Part shown: positions 37,619 through 50,592 of the stretch, one piece after another
Layout of the letters: each line of letters opens with the position of its first letter
Position numbering within the stretch: position 1 is the stretch's first letter
Source: Chiloscyllium plagiosum
Taxonomy: Eukaryota
Direction: 5' to 3'
NCBI RefSeq assembly: GCF_004010195.1
Contig: NC_057728.1
Coordinates: 49,654,561-49,718,560 of the forward strand
DNA length: 64,000 nucleotides
The notes under the pieces: generated by a model
The model's database searches: none
What the model was told of the DNA's origin: nothing
The model's input: only the letters and a program-made list of their open reading frames with translations
Translations under genes and position numbers: made by a program

Positions 37619-38720
37619 GTACGTGCCTAAACTCTGCCTTTTAGGATGGAGTTCCTGCAAAGAGTACACGTGGTGCCACACTTGAGCTGCATATTGCACT
37701 ATTGGACGAGCACATCCCCTTTCTGCTCTTATTACTCTGTCACATTCCATGCGAGTCGGCATGCATGTTTGTGTACCTGCAGGGAAAATCTCTCGTGGGC
37801 GAATGTAATCGATTGGTGGCTGGAACAGGGTACCCACCTAATTCACATTGAGGAGTGGGACTGTCGAACACTCAGCCATTCTTCAGCTAGTTGGTTGATA
37901 AGCAGAGCAGGGCAGGGCAGATCAGATGAAAATAAAGTACTTGCAGCACTAGCAGGAACAATAGACCTGGTCCACACTTCACTTGACTGCCCTGTCAGTG
38001 TAAGTTGTCATGAATGCTAGTTGTGATGATTCTGGGTGAAAGGTGATAAACTTCTCCGAACTGCAGCAAATGGCAGAACCTGGTCATTTCAACCCAAAGG
38101 GGTGACCGTGTGGTGCCTTGTTCACAACCAGTATTCAAAAAATTGTGCAAACGCCAGTGAAACTGGTAACTGTAATTCATGACCTTAAAATCATGCAATT
38201 TGTAAGCACAGTTTGCACTCAATTCTGCCTGGACTGCAATAGTATTTCGATGGAAATTAGGGTTGAAACTCCAAGCCATGCATAAAGAAGTTAATCTCAG
38301 TAATGCTGACCATGATACTACTAGACTTATAAAAACCTACTGAAACAAACCCACTGTCCTTACCTGGCCTGTCCTATATGGGACTGTATTCCGATCTGGG
38401 GATGAACAAGTCCCTCAGTTATATTCAAGAATGTGTTCCTGAGATCAGTTAGAGATGAGCAGATCCACAAAGAATCTTGCTAATGTAACTCAATGGTGCA
38501 CAGAGTCCGTGATAAATCTCTGGAGGATATAAATGTGGCGATGAAATGGGCAGAGAAGTGACAGGTGAAGTTCAAAGCAGAGAAATGTGGAGTCACTCGT
38601 AGGTTGCTAGGAAGAACATGGAGAGAGAATATCAAATAAAGATTGGAACTCTATAGCGAATGCAACCTGGGTGTAAATGTGCAGAAGTCATTGAGGATAG
38701 CAGGACAGGTTGAAAGAGTG

Positions 38721-40358
38721 GTAAATGGTGTACACTATACCCTGGGTTTATTAATAGGGGTTAATGATGCACACTATACCCTGGGTTTATTAATAGGGGT
38801 TAATGATGCACATTATACCCTGGGTTTATTAATAGGGGTTAATGATGCACACTATACCCTAGGTTTATTAATAGGGGTTAATGATGCACTCTATGCCCTG
38901 CGTTTATTAATAGGGGTTAATGATGCACTCTATACCCTGGGTTTATTAATAGGGGTTAATGATGCACACTATACCCTGGGTTTATTAATAGGGGTTAATG
39001 ATGCACACTATACCCTGGGTTTATTAATGGTTGTTAATGATGCACATTATACCCTGGGTTTATTAATAGGGGTTAATGATGCACACTATACCCTGGGTTT
39101 ATTAATGGTGGTTAATGATGCACACTACACCCTGGGTTTATTAATAGGGGTTAATGATGCACACTATACCGTAGGTTTATTAATAGGGGTTAATGATGTA
39201 CACTATACCCTGGGTTTATTAATGGTGGTTAATGATGCACACTATACCCTGGGTTTATTAATAGGGGTTAATGATGCACATTATACCCTGGGTTTATTAA
39301 TAGGGGTTAATGATGCACACTATACCCTAGGTTTATTAATAGGGGTTAATGATGTACACTATACCCTGGGTTTATTAATGGTGGTTAATGATGCACACTA
39401 TGCCCTGGGTTTATTAATAGGGGTTAATGATGCACACTATACCCTGGGTTTATTAATAGGTGTTAATGATGCACTCTATACCCTGGGTTTATTAATAGAG
39501 GTTAATGATGCACACTATACCCTGGGTTTATTAATAGAGGTTAATGATGCACACTATGCCCTGGGTTTATTAATAGGTGTTAATGATGCACACTACACCC
39601 TGGGTTTATTAATAGGGGTTAATGATGTACACTATACCCTGAGTTTATTAATGGGGGTTAATGATGCACACTACACCCTGGGTTTATTAATCGGGGTTAA
39701 TGGTGTACACTATGCCCTGGCTTTATTAATAGGGGTTAATGATGCACTCTCTACCCTGGGTTTATTAATAGGGGCTAATGATGTACACTATACCCTGAGT
39801 TTAATGATAGGGGTTAATGATGAACACTATACCCTGAGTTTAATGATAGGGGTTAATGATGTACACTATACCCTGAGTTTATTAATAGAGGTTAGTGATG
39901 CACACGATACCCTGAGTTTATTAATAGAGGTTAATGATGCACACTATGCCCTGGGTTTATTAATAGGGGTTAATGATGTACACTATGCCCTGGGTTTATT
40001 AATAGGGGTTAATGATGCACACTATGCCCTGGGTTTATTAATAGGTGTTAATGATGCACACTACACCCTGGGTTTATTAATAGGGGTTAATGATGCACTC
40101 TATACCCTGAGTTTATTAATAGAGGTTAATGATGCACACGATACCCTGGGTTTATTAATAGGGGTTAATGATGTACAATATACCCTGGGTTTATTAATAG
40201 GGGTTAATGATGTACACTATACCCTGGGTTTATTAATAGGGGTTAATGATGTACACGATACCCTGGGTTTATTAATAAGGGTTAATGATGCACTCTATAC
40301 CCTGAGTTTATTAATAGGGGTTAATGATGCACACTATACCCTGGGTTTATTAATAGAG
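38721..40358 (+). repeat. 39-bp minisatellite, 42 copies (gttaatgatgcacactataccctgggtttattaataggg)
   Basis: 1638 bp = 42 x 39, no indels; follows a + strand CR1 RT fragment (about 38500-38720). Confidence 0.97.
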
Positions 40359-40930
40359 TCTCAATATTGCCTCCTGGGATCTCCGCCACAAGCCTTCCTC
40401 CATCTTGACTGTTTCCTGTCATCTAATCAATTACCTCATCAAAACTCTCCAGCAGATTAGTTGAACACCGTTTTTCCTTAACAAATCCAGACTACGTTTC
40501 CTTAATTACCTTGAATTTGTCCATCTGACTCTAACTTTACTCCCAAATTATTGTTTCAAGATGCTCCCTCTTTCTCTTTGTCGGAATTTGGACTAGTTTT
40601 CCCTCACTGTTGCTACAACTGTGTGTGGCTGAGTCGATAGCAGAGATGGATTGAAAGTGAAAAAGATGAAGAGGGGCAAAGGTTTAGAAGAATGCGTTGA
40701 TGGGATTGAATTAATCTGCGTGGGAGAAGGTTCATGTGGAAATAAACAACAGACAGATGGACAGAATGGCAGATCACTCTGATTTTGATTCATTGTGTTG
40801 TCTTGCAGTCCAGGTAATGCTGTTGTAGTATTGTAAGCTGGTTGTTAAGTTGACCCGACAACCGCATAGGTTTTTTTGTTGACTGCACCCTTCAACCTGT
40901 GTTGACCATTGATAATCTCACTGTATCCAG

Positions 40931-41208
40931 TAGATATGGAGAAAGGAGATGAGGAAAATGTGGCTGAAGCCATGGAATTGGAAGGTGATGTCGATGAAGA
41001 GAAGGAAGAATCTGCAGAAACATTAAATGAAGGTAACACAGTGTGTGATGAAGGTACAATGGGAGAAGATGTCCCAGTGAAGCAGATGAAGAAGCCTGTG
41101 ACCCCTGAACCCAAAAACAACAAGGAGCTGCAAAATCTGATTGAACACATCCAAATGACTGTCACCAACAGCATCCTGCCTAAGCTGCAGAAATGCTTAA
41201 CTGCAAAG
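40931..41208 (+). CDS. UTP20: UTP20 exon 19 of window (acidic linker; alternative acceptor 40934 possible)
   Basis: atccag|tag..AAG|gtctgt; DMEKGDEENVAEAMELEG...ILPKLQKCLTAK. Confidence 0.9.
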
Positions 41209-41528
41209 GTCTGTAGGTGAAACCCTCCGATAAACTTGCATTCTCTCACTCTTTACCCATCTCTACGTGTCACTGTCTAACTTTTCCCCTTTCTCACTTG
41301 TCTCTGTCCTTCTCCCCTCTCCTCATTCCAAGCCCCCTTTTCATTCCCTCTCTGTTTTTCCTAAACCTACCCTCACCCCTCTTCTCCTGTTGTCATTAAT
41401 ATCTCTCTTTCCCTGCTTTCTCTCCCCCCTCTACACTATCTATCTCATTCCCACTCATTCTTGCCCCTCTCCCTCGAGCCCCCTCCACCTAACTCCTCCA
41501 TCACTCGAGTTTATTTCATTGTAAACAG

Positions 41529-41668
41529 GTGCAAAGAGATGAGCAACACAAGTTGGTGAGATCAAAAATAGTCAATGATGAGGAGTTGGTGCGTATTCCG
41601 CTGGCTTTTACGATGGTTAAACTGATGCAGACTCTTCCCAAGGAAACCATGGACTCCAATTTACCAAG
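41529..41668 (+). CDS. UTP20: UTP20 exon 20 of window
   Basis: aaacag|..AG|gtattg; VQRDEQHKLVRSKIVNDEELVRIPLAFTMVKL...NLP(S). Confidence 0.96.
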
Positions 41669-41795
41669 GTATTGCAGTACAGCAGTGACTGAGAACCGTT
41701 GTATTCACTGTGGGATTACGAGGGGTCTTGTCTATTCAGTAAAGTGGTTATTTCTGCATTTTATGGGTTTGTTTTTCCTCTCTGTCTTGAGTCAG

Positions 41796-42212
41796 CCGTG
41801 TCTCAGTTGGTAGCATTCTCACTTCTGATTCACAATGTTCAAGTCCTAGTCTGGGATTTGGGTGTAAACTCATCCCCTGACACTCCAGTGCAGTAGGTGC
41901 TGTGCTGTCAGAGGTACATTGTCCAGGTGACACGTGAAACTAAAACCTAGTCTAGCCCCTCAGTCAGATGTGAAGATCCTGTGGTACAATTTTGAATAAA
42001 ACCTCAAGAACTATTCCCAAAGTCCTGACTATATTTACCCATGACCCGTTCACAAAAAAAACTGTTATAATACTTTTGTTTGTTTGAGCATATAGTGTGT
42101 AAATTGGCAGCTAATTTTTCCTATGCAATAGCAGTAACTAAGTCTCATTGACTGGAAAGGATATTGAAGCATCAGGAGGTCATGAAAGGAGCTACATTAA
42201 CACACATCTTTC
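41796..42212 (+). mobile_element. DeuSINE-like SINE ending at the exon 21 acceptor
   Basis: ctcagttggtagcattctc head, ctgacactccagtgcagta..gtcagaggt, gaagatcctgtgg, tail catgaaaggagctacattaa. Confidence 0.7.
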
Positions 42213-42229
42213 TTGTATCCTGTTCGCAG

Positions 42230-42386
42230 CATCCTCATCAAAGTCTGTATGCTGTTGAGAAACCAAGCGCAGGAGATCCGCGATGTTGCTCGCAACACCC
42301 TGACTAAAATCATTGAGACTCTGGGTCCAGAATACCTTCTGTATCTTCTCAAAGAGATGCAGTCAGCTTTAACCAAGGGCTATCAG
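42230..42386 (+). CDS. UTP20: UTP20 exon 21 of window
   Basis: tcgcag|..CAG|gtaatt; ILIKVCMLLRNQAQEIRDVARNTL...LTKGYQ. Confidence 0.96.
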
Positions 42387-43243
42387 GTAATTTGCTACAA
42401 TTGAATGCCATTGAATATCAAGGCCAGGCAATGGTTATATTTTTTTCTTGGTGGAGATGGCCATTGCCTGGCATTAGTGTGGTGGGAATGTTACTTGCCA
42501 CTTACATGCCCAATCCTGTGTGTTGTCCACTTACGTAGTATTTGTTTTTGCACTCCAAGGACAGGTCATTCAGGGTGACAACTCTATGCTGCTGTTTGTG
42601 CAACACATGAACCACTTCCAGACCTCTTCATCTCAACCTACTTCCATATTATTACTTTCATTTCTCCCTTATTTTTCTCTAGCTTGCCCTTAAATGTATC
42701 TGTCACCCAGCTCAACCACTCACTGTGACAGGTCAACATGTAAGAATCGACTGCCCAGATAATGTGGCAAGTTCAGTTTGTGGTTCTCCAAAGATTAACA
42801 GCAAAGTTTCCTTTTAATTGGGATGTACATGTTACTGGTGAGGCCAGCGATTAATACCTATCCCCAGTTGCTGTGGGGAAAGTGTTCTTGAGCTCTTAGT
42901 TTGAACCACTGTGATCTTTGGGGTGTAGGGACACCTACAGTACTGTTAAGGTTCCAGGATTATGACTCAGTGATGTCATTCCAAGTCAGAATGATGTATG
43001 ATTTGCAGGGGAACTTGCAGATAGTGTTCCCATGTTTCTTCTGCCTTTGTCCTTCTATGTGGAAGAGATCGCTGCTTTGGAAGATGCTGAAAATGAAAAG
43101 AATTAGAATGATAAAATAGTAAATTTTGCTTGACATTACTAAACTTCTCACTTGTGTTGACTATTGCACGATAATGTGCTCCCAGTTCCAAAACGCTTCT
43201 GGTAGTTTCTGTTCACTGAGCCACCTCTTTATCACCTTGCTAG

Positions 43244-43342
43244 GTTCATGTTTTGACCTACACGGTCTATATGCTGTTGAAGAGTCTCGTACCCAGACTT
43301 AACAGCGGAGATTTGGACCCTTGTGTGGACATTCTCATTGAG
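43244..43342 (+). CDS. UTP20: UTP20 exon 22 of window
   Basis: tgctag|..GAG|gtaagg; VHVLTYTVYMLLKSLVPRLNSGDLDPCVDILIE. Confidence 0.96.
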
Positions 43343-44161
43343 GTAAGGGTTTACTGTCTGAAATGATTAATGATTTACAGATCCATTGTTTACAAAAGAA
43401 GGAAACAAAACCCATCCTTTTCACCCTCCGAATATCGGAAAGTGCTTTAGAAGCAGTGAAGCAATTCTTTTTGTTGTAATGTAGACAAAGAGCAGTAGCC
43501 AGTTTGTGCTCAATTGAGTTGCAACAATAATGTAATTAATGACTAGATCATCTCTTTTAGGTGTTGCTTGAGGAGTAGATATTTCACGAGGATGTAAGGA
43601 GGAGGGATTACCCTAGTGCTTATCGCAATAGATCATTTTATGTTTATTTGAGAACACATTGTGAGCCTCGATTTAACTCCCTGTGTGAAAATCGGTGGCA
43701 GTATAACCCTCCTTCAGAATTGCACTGAAGTCTCAGCTCGGATATTTTCTAAGCAACCTACTCAGATGTTATGACACAATGTTGGAGCATGTGAGACTTG
43801 AACCTGGGTCTCCTGGCTGAAAGGTATGGATGCTACCAACGTGCCACAAGAACCCTCTAAGTCTCAGCATTGATCGTGGCTCGAATATCTGGTCTGGGAC
43901 TAGAACCATAATTTATTAACTGGGTGAAATGCTACCGACTGTACACCTCCTCCTTAAGAATCAGTCCTAATTATAACAAGTCTATTTTTATAAGATGACA
44001 GTGTTCAGTTCGTTATTCTGGTGCTGATTCTAAGCTCCATTACCCCTTTCCACCAATGTCCTTTGAATCTTGTTTCTTGAAATATTTATCTATTTCTTGG
44101 TGATGCTATTAATTAAAAATAATATTATACTGAATTGTAACAAACTTATCAGTGCAAAATA

Positions 44162-44194
<33 letters not shown>

Positions 44195-44196
44195 AG

Positions 44197-44364
44197 ATTT
44201 TTAACCATGAACTGTTTGGTGAAATTGCAGAAGAGAAAGAAGTGAAAGGAATTATAAGCAAAGTGATGGAAGCGAGGTCAAGCAAGAGCTACGACTCCTA
44301 TCAGATTCTGGCTCGGTTTGTGGGAAGGGCACAAGTTACTAAGCTGATCCTTCCACTTAAAGAG
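44197..44364 (+). CDS. UTP20: UTP20 exon 23 of window
   Basis: (ct)n-ag|..GAG|gtgaag; IFNHELFGEIAEEKEVKGIISKVMEARSSKSYDSY...LILPLKE. Confidence 0.96.
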
Positions 44365-45235
44365 GTGAAGTCAATGCCCCATTCAGTAATACGTGCCATT
44401 AACTTTCAAGAAAGCTGACCACAAAGACCTAGCAATCTCTAAAGCACTTGTGTTCCCTTTTTCCTGGCACCATTCCGAATCTGCTGCCAAGTCAAGTAGA
44501 TCTCCAGGTGTCCAACAACATTGAGGCAGGTTAAGCAGCCAATTGTAATGAAGGACTTTCACAGCAAACCAGCGAGTCCAAGCCACCAAAACCCCTTTTT
44601 ATTTTAAAACAATTACAGATAGTGAAATAAATGATAGGGAGATCCATGTAGGATTAAAATGGCTAAAAGATTGTCAGTAAACATGTTAAACAGTTTTAAT
44701 ACTTCAAAAATATATGGATTTTTGTTGTCATAATGGAAGAATCTGACATTCAACAAATTTATAATGATATCTCAGGATCAGTAAAGATGTTTTAAATAAT
44801 TATGAACTTAGTATGCAGTTTATTAAAACTGAAACAAGAAGCAAATTTTCAAGGGTTTTTTAAAAAAGTGAGACAGTTGGCTTAAGTGATGTTTAAGTGA
44901 TTGCATACTGTGGGTCTTCAACAGCAACATCCTTACCCAGGCTGGCCGACATGTGGCTCCAGAACCGCAGGAATGTGGATGTTTCTTAACGGCCCTCAGA
45001 AATGTCTGAGAAAGACACTCCCTGTCAAGGCACTTAGGATTGGGTAACAGATGCTGCCAACTGATTTGCCAGTAGACCAAGAAAATTAGTTTCATAGATG
45101 ATAAACATCTACAGCACAGAAGATGGCTATTAGCCCCATCTTGTCCTGGCCAGTCTACAAAGATCTATTAATTCCATTTACCAGTTCTTGCTCCAAAACC
45201 CTGGGGCCAATGGCAATGTAATTAAATATCTAAAA

Positions 45236-45458
45236 GGTAAAGTCATCATCATCCTATCAAACCATAGGGTTGCTCACTCATTAGAGGGAGAGACAACTGG
45301 GGAATGGTTTAATCTAAGAACTGGCAGAATTCAGGCAAGGGGAGAGGTTGAGAAGGAGGGTCTTTGTGGTAACCTCAGCCAGAGTGGGAATTGAACCCAT
45401 GCTGTTCCAATCACTCTGCATCATAAACCTGCTGTCTAGCCAACTGAGCTAACCAACC
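45236..45458 (-). mobile_element. tRNA-derived SINE (another copy at about 10525-10725)
   Basis: Minus strand ggttagctcagttggctagacag..gggttcaattccc A/B boxes. Confidence 0.7.
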
Positions 45459-45469
45459 CCTTGTAATTA

Positions 45470-45900
45470 TCTAAATAGGGCACTCAACCACTTTTCCAGA
45501 CAGTGATTTCCAAGTTACCACCAATTGGGTGAAAAGCTTGCTCCTCAGCTGTCCTCTTCACCTCTACCTCTTAACATAAATCTGTGCCCCAATGGTATTG
45601 GCCCCTCTATAAATAAAGAAAAAGCCTTCCTATCCACCCTCATAACCTTATTTGCCTCCATCAGATTCCCTCTCAACTTTTGCTTCTTCAAGGAAAACAG
45701 ACACAGCCTATCCAGTCTTTCCTCATAACTCCAGCACTCCAGCGCAGGCAGCATTCCGAGAAATCTCCTGTGCAATGTCTAGTGCAATCAAGTCCTCTCT
45801 ATAATGCAGTGACCAGAACTGCATGCAGTACTCCAGCAGTGACCTAATGCTGTACCTCCATGCTCTGATATTCTGTGCCTCAACTAATGAAGGCAAGTTT
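45470..45900 (-). mobile_element. CR1 3' fragment
   Basis: LLEYCMQFWSLHYR..SYEERLDRLCLFSL. Confidence 0.8.
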
Positions 45901-46028
45901 TCCAATTGTCCTCCATTGTTTTCTGTGTTCCTATGGAGCACGTGGGGGAATTTTATGACAGTGTAGATGTGACATAATTGGAAGCTGCTATTGGTGCAGT
46001 CTGGTTAAGTGCCATTTTACATTTTCAG

Positions 46029-46195
46029 ATATTAGAGAGTATAACCATCCTTAAGCAAGCTTGCAAGGTTCAAGAAGCATTTCGTCGCATTGTGACTGGT
46101 CTGTTACTGAATAAGGAAATGACGGCTGACTCCATCCTCTTATTAAGCCACGGCCTGGTGACAGAGAGCTTGCCATTGATGACACAGAGAACCAA
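46029..46195 (+). CDS. UTP20: UTP20 exon 24 of window
   Basis: tttcag|..AA|gtgagc; ILESITILKQACKVQEAFRRIVTGL...LMTQRT(K). Confidence 0.94.
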
Positions 46196-47062
46196 GTGAG
46201 CAGTCATTCATTTGGATTACTATTTACTGAAGTACGGCAGATTAAAATTTATATTGAGACAGTATTTTCCACTGATCAGGTAGAATCTGGTATTGGTTGT
46301 GAGTAATCAAAGACTTAACCCTCTGCTTCTGTACCTTTCCCCCGTTTCAGTTATTTATCCAGTTCACAAGACCAAATGATCTCTGCCTCAGTCACTCCCT
46401 GAGGCAAAGATTTCCACATTCTGAATGGCTTCTCTGTTAAGCCTTTCCTTTTAGTCCCCCATCCTGTAGCACTGCACCTTTGAAGAATTATTTACTCAAG
46501 TCTTTGCAACCAATGTTCTGAACTAAGTAATTGTTTTTGCTCCTAAACATTTGGTTAGCTTTTCGGTATCACTGCGTAAAACCTGGTTTGGAATATTAGG
46601 GGTCCTGGGGATTTCCCACTCTTCAGCTAGCACCGACAGTGCAAGGTTTAGTCTGTGCCGCAGCTGGGGACCTGCGTTTGTACAGTACCCAACAATCTTA
46701 AATTGTAACTGCAGCAAAAGTTAACCAGAATATGATCAGTCAGCCCACAACTCACTAGTTAAACCCATCCCTGAACTTCTGTGTATTTCATGAGTCGATG
46801 TTTTATCCAGCTGGTTTTGGTAGATGTTGGTTGGTGGTTCGTGGTGGGAATGTGGAATGCACTATTGTGTGGGCTGGATTGAGGTAAATGGCATGGATGT
46901 CCTTAAAGAGAAGTTAAGTAACTGCATGAGGGCGAAAGAAAGGTGCCTGATGGGGTGAGATGGGAGGAGGCTTATCTGGAGCACGGGCCTGTTCGGTCGA
47001 ATGGCCTGTTTCTGTGCTGCATTCTCTGTTTCTTTATAATGCTGCCACTTGTCACTTTAAAG

Positions 47063-47210
47063 AGGTCAACACAAGAAACCTGAAGCATCCCGTGTTGGAC
47101 TGAAGCCCCAGAGTTGCCTCTTGCTGCCCCCCACCCCAAGCCGTACGGGTGAGAAAGCAGCTACCAGCACCAAGACCAACATGCACATTCTGGTCAATAC
47201 CGGGTTGAGG
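47063..47210 (+). CDS. UTP20: UTP20 exon 25 of window
   Basis: ttaaag|A..AGG|gtaagt; GQHKKPEASRVGLKPQSCLLLPPTPSRTGEKAATSTKTNMHILVNTGLR; acceptor chosen by phase. Confidence 0.9.
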
Positions 47211-47869
47211 GTAAGTGATCAGAGTTTCTGCTCATTCATTGATTTCTGAAATGCCTTATTTTTCTGTTTGGACACAGGGTTACAGGTGTTGCTGACTGGG
47301 CCATTTATTGCCTGTCCCTTGTTGCTGTTGAGAAGGTGGTGGTGGTGGTGAGCTGCTTTCTTGGACAGTTGGAGTCCATTTGCTGTGGGTTCACCCACAA
47401 TGGTGTTCCAGGATTTGACCCAAGGTCACCGAGGGACAGGTGATTTATTTCAAAGTCAGGATGGAGAGTGGGGCAGGGTGTACATGTGTTTAGGGATATG
47501 ATCGTTCACAATGGCCTTTGAAAAACCTACAATTCCTCTTTGCTTTTTTAATTTGCCAATGATTGCAAGGCCACACATTTTGCCTATCCCAACTTACTCT
47601 GAGGATGTGATATAGACTTTCTCAAGCTATTGTAATCCTTCTAATATTGTTTACACAGTGAGGTCAGGCAGCACATTTCCAAAAGTTTGACTCAACTGGG
47701 ACAAAGGAATAAGAGCATATGTTCAAGTCCGGCTTGGTGGTGATGATCCTTCATGTTGTAGTGGTCATGGGGCTTAGGTGCTGGAGTACTTGGAAAGGCA
47801 AAGGATAATGTTTGGAATTATACTGAGTCCGTAAGGATTAATGTAAGAGCAGTGGTTGGGAAGCAAGGC

Positions 47870-48648
47870 TTGTTTAACTTAGATAAATATGAGATGCTCC
47901 ATTTTGGAAAGGCATATCAGGGTAAAGTGCTGGGAAGTGTTGCAGAACAAAGAGACCTTGGAGTGCAAGTTCATAGTTCATTGAAAATGGACTTGCAGGT
48001 AGATAGGATAGCGACGAAGGTATTTGGTGCGCTTATCTTTATTGGTCAGTGCATTGAGTATAGGAGTTGGGAAGTCATGTTGCAGCTGTACAGGGCATTA
48101 GTTAGGTCACTTTTGGAATACTGCATGCAATCCTGGTCTCCCTGCTTTGGAAGGATGTTGTGAAACTTGAACGGGTTCAGAAAAGGTCTACAAGGATGTT
48201 GCCAGGGTTGGAGGGTTTGAGCGACAGGGAGAGGCTGAGGCTGTTTTCCCTGGATCATCGAAGGGTGAGGGATGACCTTGTAGAAGTTTATAAAATCTTG
48301 AGGGGTATGGATAGGCTGAATAGCCATTGTCTTCTCCCCAGGGTAGGGAAATTCAAAACTAGACGGCATAAGTTTAGGACGAGAAGGGAAAGATTTAAAA
48401 GGGACCTAATGGGCAATGTTTTCATGCAGAGGGTACTGTGTGTATGAAATGAGCTGCCTGAAGAAGTGGTGGAGGTATTATAGCTACAACATTTAAAAGG
48501 TGTCTGGATGGATATATGAAAGGAAGGGTTTAGAGTGATCTGGGCAAAATGCTGTTAAATGGGACTGGATTAATTTAGGATATCTGGTCAGCATGGATGA
48601 GTTGGATTGAATTGTCTTTTTCTGTGCTCTACATCACTAGGACTCTAT
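47870..48648 (+). mobile_element. 5'-truncated CR1 LINE
   Basis: ORFs 47852-48163 and 48160-48447: RDLGVQVHSSLK..LERVQKR..; ends gactctatg. Confidence 0.9.
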
Positions 48649-50475
48649 GTACATGCTAGGCTTTAGAAAATTCAGGGGTGATTAAATTGAGTCGGTTATG
48701 ATGATTGCACATTTGCCAGAGTAGTTGATGTGAAGGAAGTCCAGGTTGCTTGTATCCATTTATGATCTGGCGTTCTTGGCTGACTGCAGTTGGCAGGAAG
48801 TTAGCTGGGGAAATTGGAGCATTCAGGTTATTATGATTACTCCGTGCAATACTTCCTTGGAATAAGGGTGGGGCTGGTTGTGAGATTTTCGATAGGTCAC
48901 CTAGAACAATTCTGTGGTCACTGATAGTTGGAGTCAATTGGATAAAAGTAATGGAATAGACTCCATGTTGGAACAATGGTGCTGTTAGCTGTACTGATGA
49001 CAAGGCGATTGAAAGGCACTGGCTTTGTTTAGTTAGGGTTCAGGAGAACGTCCCAGGATCCATTTGACAACTCCGTGTAGGTAGGATTGATGAGGAGTCT
49101 TGGGGAAGCAGAATTAGATGGTCAGCTTCAAAGAGTCACGCCTCTATCCTAAAAAGGGCGCTGCTGTAAGTAGGCGCTGAAGAATTAGGACTCAGTAAAG
49201 CTCTAGGAGTCATTAGTTGCTACTAAGTGTTATGGCTGGGACTTGAAAAGTCCTGGGAGCTGAGCATGATTGGAACTTTGAGAATCCCATGGGGATTACA
49301 GTCTTATTGGCAACGACCTGTCTGCAGACAATCTGGAATTGTGCCTAAGAGTGCAGTTTGAAGAATCCAGAATCTTGGTTGACCCAGGAAAGGAGCTTGA
49401 TGTACCAGAACATGAACAAGTATTGAAGCAGTCCACGACGGAGTGGCTTTCAATGAAGTTCTGAATTTAGATAAACTTTTGGTGGTGAAGAATTGAAATT
49501 TCTTTTGAAATTTTAATGTGATTTGGAGACCTACAGACTAGGTGGGTTTCTGAAAAAATCTGTGGAATCTATCTTGGCTATTTCATCTGTTCTGCGGGGT
49601 GTTTGACCACTGTTAGTCCATTGCCCATACTTACCTCCTGTTACTTCTGGACGTTAGAGTATAAGTTGCATTTACATTGTAGATTGTTTTGTTTCTCTCC
49701 TAACTTTGTTTAGTAATGTTTATTGTTGCTCATTCAAAGCAGTGGATCCTTGTGGCTTTATTTTCTTAGTAGGTAGCTGAGGTCTCACAGGTTTGCATAC
49801 TTTATATGAAAAAAAATTACTAATCTCCAGCCAAATTGTAAATCAGAGGATGGTGGAGGCATGCAAATAAAAATTTGGAGTTTATGGATTTTTGTTGGGC
49901 AAGGGTTTTAAGGATTATGGAATCACACCAAGTGAATGGAGTGGAAATATGGATCAGCCCTGAATTATACTACAGGAGTTGATCGGCTCCCTCCTATTCC
50001 AGATGCTGAAAGGATTATTGAATTATTCTTGGAAGATTGCTCTGGTACTTGCTGTCAATGGTACACAGTGCAGCATCAACAGCTGTAAGTTGGGTGCTGC
50101 TTGAGCAGACTAACGTTTGTTGGGTGGAATTGTAATTCTTGGGTGGTGTGCTGAAGTGTGAAAATGGAAATCAGTAAATTGGATTGTTTTACTGGTGCCA
50201 GGCCACAAACAACCTTGAAATCTTCCAGCTTGTTGGGGGAGATGGACCCAATGGCTCCAGTGTTACCCATCTGGTGCACTCACTGTTCTTATTTCACATG
50301 GGCCAATACATGACTCCAGTCTCACGCCCATTGTGGTTGTCAACAGACACTGCGTTCTGTAGAAATCTTTGTAGTCTGGGTGCTTTCATATGTGTTTGTG
50401 GTGTAAAGATGGGCTTACCATTTTGTTTATATGAAACAGCTGTACACAAGTTTTTTTTTGTTAATCTTCTCCCAG

Positions 50476-50592
50476 TTGTTGCATATGAGCTTGAAGAGAT
50501 CGAAGGTGAATTCTTCAGAAGAACACATTTTGGGAATGCTTGACCCATTTGTGCAGCTATTGATTGACTGCCTCCAGTCCATGCATGTAAAG
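50476..50592 (+). CDS. UTP20: UTP20 exon 26 of window
   Basis: tcccag|..AAG|gtgagc; LLHMSLKRSKVNSSEEHILGMLDPFVQLLIDCLQSMHVK. Confidence 0.96.

Noticed and set aside
37612..37620. GC-AG donor (aat|gcaagt) for exon 18
   Set aside because: It would be phase 0, but the next acceptor needs phase 1, which the GT at 37619 provides.
38643..40460. 605-aa repeat ORF as a real protein, or the array as CRISPR
   Set aside because: Head-to-tail units with no unique spacers, TTG start, intronic position and CR1-derived unit; a 39-bp stop-free frame explains the ORF.
41225..41520. Pro/Leu/Ser-rich ORFs
   Set aside because: Pyrimidine-rich low-complexity intron between exons 19 and 20.
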